This document shows positions 8,800-15,011 of a stretch of 64,000 nucleotides of DNA, piece after piece. The stretch is from positions 1-64,000 of the IMG/VR virus record IMGVR_UViG_3300022752_000015, one strand, 5' to 3'. The position numbers were made by a program, and so were the translations under genes. Positions within the stretch are counted from its first letter, which is position 1. Every line of letters begins with the position of its first letter. A model generated the notes under the pieces. That model had not been told where the DNA came from. It worked only from the letters and a program-made list of their open reading frames with translations, and ran no database searches.

Positions 8800-9311
8800 G
8801 ATTTACCCATCAAACCATTCAACCAACTCTCGTTATCCTCAGGAACAAAACTTCCAACCGGATCCCATAGAACCGTGAAACGATCCTCCTTCAACATATC
8901 CACCAGATCCTCCTCACTCCAGTTCTCGTGGGAGGGAATGAGGTGGTAGGTATCACCGATGAACTGGGGAACCTTGTTGATGATCTGCGGGATGTTGTTC
9001 ACATTGAGGAACACCGTGTGAAGTGAGAAGAGGTTATCCGGTTTCTCGTTCACATCGATCAACTCGGATGCGATCTTTTCCACCTTGAGAAGTTCCAGGA
9101 TGATCCCATCCGCACCGCTCTCGGAATATCGAGTTGCACTTCCGATATCGGCCACCCAACCTTGCCCGGATTCACTGTAGAACATAGGTGAACCCCAGGA
9201 GTTATTCTCCCCATCGAGGGATGAGTGGAACCTCAAAACGAAGTTCTTCTTCTCGGTGGATTTCTTGGTGGGGTTCTTCTTCGTGGAACTGGAGGATTTC
9301 TTGGTTGCCAT
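8796..9311 (-). CDS. hypothetical protein with Lys/Ser-rich N-terminal tail, leaderless
   Basis: MATKKSSSSTKK; start 6 nt after a -10 box. Confidence 0.75.
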   Translation of the reverse strand: MATKKSSSSTKKNPTKKSTEKKNFVLRFHSSLDGENNSWGSPMFYSESGQGWVADIGSATRYSESGADGIILELLKVEKIASELIDVNEKPDNLFSLHTVFLNVNNIPQIINKVPQFIGDTYHLIPSHENWSEEDLVDMLKEDRFTVLWDPVGSFVPEDNESWLNGLMGKS

Positions 9312-9315
9312 GATG

Positions 9316-9519
9316 TTATCCTATCCTATCGAGGTGGGGATTTTCACCGGGGAGGGAGATGTAGTGATCAGAGATCATTTGTTTCCTACCGGTGTGGAGG
9401 AGAACGGTGAAGAAACGGTGATCCATTGAGATATCGTTGTGTTCCTCGATGATTATCCCGAGTGTGGGGGAGATCATCCTCTGGGGATTGGTGTAGAGGA
9501 TGAGTTGCCCGATTCTCAC
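9316..9519 (-). CDS. KOW/SH3-like mini-protein
   Basis: MRIGQLI...GIII...FTVLL; paralog of 10061..10237. Confidence 0.7.
   Translation of the reverse strand: MRIGQLILYTNPQRMISPTLGIIIEEHNDISMDHRFFTVLLHTGRKQMISDHYISLPGENPHLDRIG
9318..9347 (-). promoter_or_regulatory. early promoter GTGAAA-N18-TAGGAT, leaderless ATG 6 nt downstream
   Basis: consensus match. Confidence 0.8.
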
Positions 9520-9704
9520 TAGATCTCCTGGAGGTCTGATTCTCGGCAGTGAAGAATTCCACGATCTGGAAACAATACCTTCCAGTGTGGGAACGGATCA
9601 TTTCCACGGAATTCGTAGGGGATGTGTTCGAGGATGATCCCAACATCACCGGGAAGATCCATTTGGAATCGGTACCTCCATACCACCATGTTACCAACCC
9701 TCAT
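9519..9704 (-). CDS. KOW/SH3-like mini-protein
   Basis: MRVGNMVVW...GIILE...WKVLF...DLQEI. Confidence 0.75.
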   Translation of the reverse strand: MRVGNMVVWRYRFQMDLPGDVGIILEHIPYEFRGNDPFPHWKVLFPDRGILHCRESDLQEI

Positions 9705-9891
9705 CCGTGATCCTCCTTGATCCATGTGGGTTTAACCACCTCATACTACCATCACCCAATAAAACTTTACATACATTGGAAATTGGATCAGGATCCTCAT
9801 GGATATCAATGATCAACCCAAGGATATAAATTATTTCCTTGGTGATGGGATTCCTTCCGTTCCTAAATTCTCTAAGTTCACCAACCTTCAT
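9691..9891 (-). CDS. KOW/SH3-like mini-protein
   Basis: MKVGEL...GLII...CKVLL. Confidence 0.75.
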   Translation of the reverse strand: MKVGELREFRNGRNPITKEIIYILGLIIDIHEDPDPISNVCKVLLGDGSMRWLNPHGSRRITDEGW

Positions 9892-10064
9892 TCCAACACC
9901 TGGAATAATTCATCTTTTAAGTGGATTGAGATCCTCCTGATTTTATCTCCATCGAGAATAACCAATGAATACCTCTCAATATCAACCTGAAGTATTAGTT
10001 GAATATCGGTATTCCATCCACTTATCCTTTTACTGGATGTTTTTATTAGATCTCCACGTTTCAC
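9888..10064 (-). CDS. KOW/SH3-like mini-protein (58 aa, not in ORF track)
   Basis: GTG start MKRGDLIK; 4-nt overlaps on both sides. Confidence 0.7.
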   Translation of the reverse strand: MKRGDLIKTSSKRISGWNTDIQLILQVDIERYSLVILDGDKIRRISIHLKDELFQVLE

Positions 10065-10237
10065 TGTAGAAAATCCAGGTAGTGGGTGGAGATTAGTTTA
10101 ACAATACCGTTTTCCAGTAGAACATTGTAGAATTGTTGATCCAGGGATATTCCAAGTTTTTCCTGGATGATTATCCCGATGAGGGGTTGAGGAATTCTAG
10201 TATTATTTCGGTAACGAACCAAGGAACCGGGTTTCAT
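10061..10237 (-). CDS. KOW/SH3-like mini-protein
   Basis: MKPGSLVRY...GIII...YNVLL. Confidence 0.75.
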   Translation of the reverse strand: MKPGSLVRYRNNTRIPQPLIGIIIQEKLGISLDQQFYNVLLENGIVKLISTHYLDFLQ

Positions 10238-10467
10238 TCCACCACTCGGAGGTTCCCCGCGAAACACCAACCAACATTTCCATCACAGGTGATCTTCACC
10301 TCGGAACCATGTTGTTCCAGAACCATACCAACCCCGGATAGATACCCGGTGGTGAAACGTGAAACATAACCATTGTTCCCAACCGTGATTGGAGAGGAAA
10401 ATAGTTTGGATCTGGAATTGGTTCCAAGGTTGGTTACCAAAGTTCCGGGGAGATATGTGGTGTTCAT
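10234..10467 (-). CDS. KOW/SH3-like mini-protein
   Basis: PGTLV...GMVLE...NVGWC...LRVV. Confidence 0.75.
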   Translation of the reverse strand: MNTTYLPGTLVTNLGTNSRSKLFSSPITVGNNGYVSRFTTGYLSGVGMVLEQHGSEVKITCDGNVGWCFAGNLRVVE

Positions 10468-10673
10468 GGTGTTGTTAGTAATCGGTTTTTTATCCAACCA
10501 ACCTTACCACGGTTCGTTAGGATTTTTGAGGATGATTTTCTGGATTCAATGATGATAACAATCTCGGGGGCTCTTATCCAATCCACTGCCACGCATCCTA
10601 GTGGAATTTCATCCATACACACATCCCAAACATAGGTTTGAACTGAACAGAGGTATAGTTCATTGGGTTTCAT
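10464..10673 (-). CDS. KOW/SH3-like mini-protein
   Basis: MKPNEL...VIIIE...KIL...VGWI. Confidence 0.7.
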   Translation of the reverse strand: MKPNELYLCSVQTYVWDVCMDEIPLGCVAVDWIRAPEIVIIIESRKSSSKILTNRGKVGWIKNRLLTTP

Positions 10674-10885
10674 TGGTGAACCTTGTACATGTATGAAACT
10701 TGGCTCCACCCAATTTTCTCCCCAATTAACCATTGAACGAAACCGTTTTGGGAGGGGGTGATGATGATCCCGGTGGAGGGTGGAATTTCCGGTGGGAATG
10801 TTGGGCCTGAGTATAGATCAGGATGTACCGGAAAGAATTGAAGTACCACCGAGGATTTAACCAGGGTTCCAGGGGAATATTTCAT
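10670..10885 (-). CDS. KOW/SH3-like mini-protein
   Basis: PGTLV...GIII...IGW. Confidence 0.7.
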   Translation of the reverse strand: MKYSPGTLVKSSVVLQFFPVHPDLYSGPTFPPEIPPSTGIIITPSQNGFVQWLIGEKIGWSQVSYMYKVHQ

Positions 10886-11055
10886 TGGAGAACCTTGAAG
10901 TTCCTTTTGAGGAAGAAGTAGGAGTAGATGGAGGTGGTTCCATTGTTCCACATGATTTCACATGCTCCGGTGGGGGATTCGGAGAGGAGAAGGGCGATAC
11001 CGGGTGGAACATGGTGGTGAGGTTCGATTGAGATGAGAAGGGAACCAGGAACCAT
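10882..11055 (-). CDS. KOW/SH3-like mini-protein (not in ORF track)
   Basis: MVPGSLLI...EIMWNNG...FKVL; 4-nt overlap. Confidence 0.6.
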   Translation of the reverse strand: MVPGSLLISIEPHHHVPPGIALLLSESPTGACEIMWNNGTTSIYSYFFLKRNFKVLQ

Positions 11056-11067
11056 GGTTATATGGTA

Positions 11068-11241
11068 TCATGTGGAATGTGGGTTTTTCACCACGGTGAA
11101 GTTTTTACTGATCCAATTGTATCCCCAACGATCCATGGTTTGGAGCCTGGGGTTGAAGAGGATAACAATGTTGAGGTGTTTGTGTACCTCGAGAACAAGG
11201 TTGGGATCTTCGTAGAAAATAACGAGATCACCGGGGCTCAA
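11068..11241 (-). CDS. KOW/SH3-like mini-protein (not in ORF track)
   Basis: TTG start MSPGDLVIF...LVLEV. Confidence 0.6.
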   Translation of the reverse strand: MSPGDLVIFYEDPNLVLEVHKHLNIVILFNPRLQTMDRWGYNWISKNFTVVKNPHST

Positions 11242-11414
11242 TGAACCACCTCGAACATCCGAGAGATGAAATCAACAGAGAATCGTGATGTGGTTCCGTT
11301 GTGGGCCCACATGATATCGAACCACCCGTTGGTTTCCTGGGAGATGATAACCGCGAGGGTTTCGTTGGGAAACTCACCATTGATGTGAAATCGTATCAGA
11401 TCTCCCCTCTTCAC
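11238..11414 (-). CDS. KOW/SH3-like mini-protein (not in ORF track)
   Basis: GTG start MKRGDLIRF...FDIMW...FEVV. Confidence 0.7.
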   Translation of the reverse strand: MKRGDLIRFHINGEFPNETLAVIISQETNGWFDIMWAHNGTTSRFSVDFISRMFEVVH

Positions 11415-11617
11415 AACACCACCTCGAACAAATCGCGGATAACATCATCACCAATTCTACGGGTGATTCCATTGGATAGGTGAACGAGGTAGTTAACCGT
11501 GTTCCACCTCTCATCGATGAGAACCTCGAGAATCAATCCTGATGTTGGATTTCCGTTGCGAACCTGGTAATCGTTGGGTAGGAGAAGTGTTCCGATGGGA
11601 AGTGGATCAGGTTTCAC
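11411..11617 (-). CDS. KOW/SH3-like mini-protein
   Basis: IGTLL...GLILEV...YLVHL...FEVV. Confidence 0.75.
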   Translation of the reverse strand: MKPDPLPIGTLLLPNDYQVRNGNPTSGLILEVLIDERWNTVNYLVHLSNGITRRIGDDVIRDLFEVVL

Positions 11618-11846
11618 TGAGAACCTCTATGTCATCCGAGATTTCACCATCCATCAACCAGGATTTTCCAATCACACCACCGTGGGAGGTGAAGAGAACC
11701 TTGAGTTGGTTGTACTTGGAACCACGGTGCTTGGGGATGAAATCGATTACGATTCCGAACCAATCACCACAAACGTTATCGAATAGTTGGTGTTGATATT
11801 CACCGGGAGAGGTGGGTTTGTTTCGAATCAAAGAACCGATTTTCAC
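11607..11846 (-). CDS. KOW/SH3-like mini-protein
   Basis: MKIGSLI...GIVI...LKVLF...IEVL. Confidence 0.75.
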   Translation of the reverse strand: MKIGSLIRNKPTSPGEYQHQLFDNVCGDWFGIVIDFIPKHRGSKYNQLKVLFTSHGGVIGKSWLMDGEISDDIEVLSET

Positions 11847-12079
11847 CTGAGAACCTCGAGAATTTCTTCCATCTCATCATTCAAGAGGAGTGCCCTCATC
11901 ACCAGGTTATCGGGTGTAACGAGGGCCTCGATGGTGGTGTAGTGAGTTGTGTAGTGGGATGGTGGAGTTACCTTGAGAACCACCGCGATCCAATCGAAGT
12001 CCTGGGAGATGATTTCCCTGAAGATAGCCACACCGGATGTTTGGTATCGATTCCTTCGAAATAGATCACCAGGTTTCAT
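11843..12079 (-). CDS. KOW/SH3-like mini-protein
   Basis: MKPGDLF...VVLKV...LEVL. Confidence 0.75.
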   Translation of the reverse strand: MKPGDLFRRNRYQTSGVAIFREIISQDFDWIAVVLKVTPPSHYTTHYTTIEALVTPDNLVMRALLLNDEMEEILEVLR

Positions 12080-12360
12080 AGCTCCTCTTCAGGAATCACT
12101 CGAAAATCATGGGTGTGGTACCCGAATCGAACCAATCCATCGTTCCCCACGAAGATCCCATGGCCCTTCATCCCTGGGATTTCACCTAGGAAAAGTATTG
12201 GATTTCCGGGGCGAAGTGGGTACAACCTTTCATCCTGGGGAGGTGGAGTAAATACCACCAAAAATCCTGAGGTAATTCCTCTAGGGAAATTAACGGGATT
12301 TTTTAGGTGTTCATCCAGGGGTATCCATGTTTCAACCTGGTGTTTTTGGTAGATTGCCAT
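12076..12360 (-). CDS. hypothetical protein with SH3-like C-terminal half
   Basis: LFLGEIPGMKGHGIFV...GYHTHDFRVI; GAGG SD. Confidence 0.65.
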   Translation of the reverse strand: MAIYQKHQVETWIPLDEHLKNPVNFPRGITSGFLVVFTPPPQDERLYPLRPGNPILFLGEIPGMKGHGIFVGNDGLVRFGYHTHDFRVIPEEEL

Positions 12361-12619
12361 TTTGTGCCTCTCTGAGGATTTGTTCCACAGGTTTTTCACG
12401 TTCTCCGCGGAGATCTCGTTGGGTATCCCTCCATGGTAAGGAACCTCTTTCCCACCTGCGAACCTGATCCGGAGATTCTAGGAGTTTGATTGAGAAAACC
12501 TCGGATCCTCGGTTATCAACCTCATCGGTGAGGTGTTTGAACCCGATCATCTCGGCTTCTTTTTCATTTTCACATTCCACCAGGAGATCGGTGAGGAATG
12601 AGACTCGATAGATGGCCAT
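12332..12619 (-). CDS. hypothetical protein, paralog of 8183..8425
   Basis: YRVSFLTD...ERGSLPWR. Confidence 0.75.
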   Translation of the reverse strand: MAIYRVSFLTDLLVECENEKEAEMIGFKHLTDEVDNRGSEVFSIKLLESPDQVRRWERGSLPWRDTQRDLRGEREKPVEQILREAQNGNLPKTPG

Positions 12620-12627
12620 GGTGTTGT

Positions 12628-12656
12628 ATACTAATCCATTTTTAGTGGGTTTTCAC
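12628..12656 (-). promoter_or_regulatory. early promoter GTGAAA-N17-TAGTAT
   Basis: consensus match upstream of 12332..12619. Confidence 0.7.
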
Positions 12657-12862
12657 CGAATGATTTCAAGGAATTCGTTGGGGATCCACCCGTGGGCATT
12701 GGGGAATGCCACCTGGGAACGGTAAGAGTGTTGTTCCGTTATGATTCCGAGTGAACCATAGGGGATAATCAGGGATGAATTGATTCGATTGTTGAAGAGT
12801 TCCGTGTAGGGTATGGCACCACCGGTGTTACAAACCCTGATCAAGGTTCCTACTGGATACAT
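12653..12862 (-). CDS. KOW/SH3-like mini-protein
   Basis: VGTLIRV...GII...GWI...LEII. Confidence 0.7.
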   Translation of the reverse strand: MYPVGTLIRVCNTGGAIPYTELFNNRINSSLIIPYGSLGIITEQHSYRSQVAFPNAHGWIPNEFLEIIR

Positions 12863-13080
12863 GGGTGAATTTCCTGGAGATCCTTGGAATCGAAGGTGTG
12901 AACCATGGAGGTTGTTGGAACGAGACACCGGCAGAAGTACATGGTGTACTTGAATTCAACATCGATGATGAGGAGTGGTTGATCGTAGTAGGGTGAGGTG
13001 CGGTACTTCGTGAGCCTCACCATGGAACCCCTGTTGAATGGTGGGTTCACTGTTGAACCTCCTTCATGCCAACAGTACAA
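12850..13080 (-). CDS. KOW/SH3-like mini-protein (start uncertain)
   Basis: RGSMVRL...LLIIDV...DLQEI. Confidence 0.6.
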   Translation of the reverse strand: MYCWHEGGSTVNPPFNRGSMVRLTKYRTSPYYDQPLLIIDVEFKYTMYFCRCLVPTTSMVHTFDSKDLQEIHPCIQ

Positions 13081-13262
13081 ATATAGCCCACTCGCTGATC
13101 GGAGAGAAGCACCTTGGCCCAGTTATCTCGATGTGGAATCTCAGACTGGAGGACGAGAATGGGTTGATTCTCCAGCACGCGGACCGAATCTCCGTAGCGA
13201 AGATCCGGATAGAAGTTCACGTATGAACGAGGAGGAACTACGATGAGAGATCCTGGTTTCAT
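13047..13262 (-). CDS. SH3-like mini-protein
   Basis: MKPGSLI...WAKVL...VGYI. Confidence 0.7.
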   Translation of the reverse strand: MKPGSLIVVPPRSYVNFYPDLRYGDSVRVLENQPILVLQSEIPHRDNWAKVLLSDQRVGYICTVGMKEVQQ

Positions 13263-13510
13263 GATCCTCGACGATATTGGGATGCAGGGATGAGGAAACG
13301 GGCCACACACCAACCAATGTGACCGGTGGAGGAGAGGACCTTTGCATAGGTGATCTGCTCTCGGCCGATGGCGTCGGGAGTCTCCAGGAGTTCCACGATG
13401 ATTCCGAGCTGATACCTGCTGAAGATCGTGGAGGAATAGTAGAGGGATGGATCGGTGCAGAGATCCACGTAGCTTGGTGTGGTCACCATGTTACCAACCC
13501 TGAGGTCCAT
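13259..13510 (-). CDS. KOW/SH3-like mini-protein, leaderless
   Basis: RVGNMV...GIIVEL...AKVL...IGWC. Confidence 0.75.
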   Translation of the reverse strand: MDLRVGNMVTTPSYVDLCTDPSLYYSSTIFSRYQLGIIVELLETPDAIGREQITYAKVLSSTGHIGWCVARFLIPASQYRRGS

Positions 13511-13516
13511 GGTTTC

Positions 13517-13546
13517 ATTGTATCATGGGACGTGAGGGGATTTCAC
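13517..13546 (-). promoter_or_regulatory. early promoter GTGAAA-N18-TACAAT, leaderless ATG 6 nt downstream
   Basis: consensus match with extended -10 TG. Confidence 0.8.
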
Positions 13547-13620
13547 GGGATGAAAAACGACCGGGAGTGTTTAGTTCCCGGTCGAAAACTAGGTTAAGTT
13601 TTTAGTTGTGATCAGATCAA

Positions 13621-14472
13621 TCAGATCGATATTCCATAACGAGAAGACAAGTAAGACAAGGTAGCGGCTCTTTCTGAGCTATCGTGTTCCTTCTTGTAGT
13701 AGATTATCTCAGCGATTTTGCCATCGAAGGATCCATTTCCCATCGTTACTTTGTTAACGGGGGATGGAAGAGCTGGAACTGCTCCTGAATTAAATGAATC
13801 AGTGATTGTTTGTGACACACCATTTACTGCTTGGAAGGCACTTCCTACAGTCCCGCCTTGCGAGATTTTTAGCTCTACAATTCTGGCAGTAGAATCTATA
13901 GAATAATTGTAAAGATTAGCCGCGTAACCCGTCTCCAAACCTAAACGTTTTGTGCCCCATTGATCTGCCAAAAATAGCGAAATCATGCTTTGCTGCTGGT
14001 AAGTACCTAATGTACCGTATGTGAATATCCTTTTGGGATCGCCCACATAATTGTCGATGGAAATAACCGCGTATATAGTTAATGCAGAATCTCCAGATAG
14101 GTATGCAGCAGGTGATGTCATAGCTAGGTATGAGCCATAAAATAATCCCCCAGGTCCTGATGATACGAAACTAACTGCCGGTTGATTATTGAAAGCTGCT
14201 ACTGAGGATAGGTAAGTAGGTGGTTGCATAGGTGCTGCAAATTCGCCTGGTACTGTTAGTACATCACCAGAAGCTGAACGATCAGCCCAGCTGTTGACTG
14301 CTGCACCGTTAGAAGAGCCTGCATCATCCGCTCTAAACCACGCGCCGAGCAGTGTCATTGGAGGCGATCCACCACCTCCACCGCCACCACCACCCGATGA
14401 TGTGATGCTTATACCACCACCAATTCCTGTAAATTTGATGGATCCGCCGGATCCTTTTGATACTATGGCCAT
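13621..14472 (-). CDS. LamG/concanavalin-like domain virion-associated protein with poly-Gly linker
   Basis: AWFRADD...VNSWADRS...FNNQPAVSF...FDGKIAEIIYY...YLSSRYGI. Confidence 0.7.
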   Translation of the reverse strand: MAIVSKGSGGSIKFTGIGGGISITSSGGGGGGGGGSPPMTLLGAWFRADDAGSSNGAAVNSWADRSASGDVLTVPGEFAAPMQPPTYLSSVAAFNNQPAVSFVSSGPGGLFYGSYLAMTSPAAYLSGDSALTIYAVISIDNYVGDPKRIFTYGTLGTYQQQSMISLFLADQWGTKRLGLETGYAANLYNYSIDSTARIVELKISQGGTVGSAFQAVNGVSQTITDSFNSGAVPALPSPVNKVTMGNGSFDGKIAEIIYYKKEHDSSERAATLSYLSSRYGISI

Positions 14473-14482
14473 AAAATCTCCA

Positions 14483-14521
14483 GATTGAACAACCTAAATT
14501 TGTTCAATCAAATATAAATAT
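14483..14521 (-). promoter_or_regulatory. 10-bp hairpin (GATTGAACAA/TTGTTCAATC) and ATATTTA candidate late-promoter motif
   Basis: perfect inverted repeat just upstream of the GGAG SD of 13621..14472. Confidence 0.45.
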
Positions 14522-14542
14522 CAGCAAAATTCAATGTTGAAT

Positions 14543-14743
14543 TCAATTTGACTCAACTCTTTCCATGTAATCCTCGTAGAACTGGTGTGTTTTTCCATCG
14601 GGTGTAAGGACCTCCACGATGTTGTCGAGGAATCGATCGGAGAAGAAGGTTCGTAGCACCACGTAGACCTGAGGTTCATCAGAGAACTTTACGAGTTCGC
14701 CGAGGAGGAGAGGTTCTCTCCATGTTTTAGGGGAGCGCTTCAT
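14543..14743 (-). CDS. KOW/SH3-like mini-protein
   Basis: LGELVKF...YVVL...VEVLTPDG. Confidence 0.7.
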   Translation of the reverse strand: MKRSPKTWREPLLLGELVKFSDEPQVYVVLRTFFSDRFLDNIVEVLTPDGKTHQFYEDYMERVESN

Positions 14744-14928
14744 TTTACAAGGTCCATGTAGTTTTCGGTTTCTTCCACTATTAAACCATCCTCGCAGAGT
14801 ACATACCACCAACGGTGTTGTTGATCACCCCACCAGTTGGTACGAGGAGATTCGTATAGAATTATACCAGTGAGAGGTTTTCCTTCACGACCTTCTTGAC
14901 GTCCCATGACCAAATCACCTGGTTTCAT
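14740..14928 (-). CDS. KOW/SH3-like mini-protein
   Basis: MKPGDLV...GIIL...WYVL. Confidence 0.75.
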   Translation of the reverse strand: MKPGDLVMGRQEGREGKPLTGIILYESPRTNWWGDQQHRWWYVLCEDGLIVEETENYMDLVK

Positions 14929-14940
14929 TTCTTCGATAAT

Positions 14941-14970
14941 AAGATAATATCCTCAAGCTGTTTATTTCAC
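14941..14970 (-). promoter_or_regulatory. early promoter GTGAAA-N18-TATCTT
   Basis: consensus match. Confidence 0.65.
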
Positions 14971-15011
14971 TTTTTCGGGAACTTATTGTTTCTCCGGTTT
15001 TCTAATGCATC

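Larger units (their letters stand above)
1987..13510 (-). repeat. tandem array of KOW/SH3-like paralogous mini-genes
   Basis: 40 or more ORFs of ~55-110 aa with (K/R)xG(D/S)LV...G(I/L)(V/I)(L/I)...Y.VL...GW...LE(V/L)(V/I/L); mostly 4-nt overlaps. Confidence 0.85.

Noticed and set aside
341-13597. Many plus-strand ORFs of 60-125 aa in the ORF track
   Set aside because: They are antisense shadows of the tightly coupled minus-strand genes, with no SD, promoter or family motif.
14513-14520. T4-type late promoter TATAAATA on the plus strand
   Set aside because: It is a single occurrence with no nearby plus-strand gene; the overlapping minus-strand ATATTTA fits the recurring motif better.
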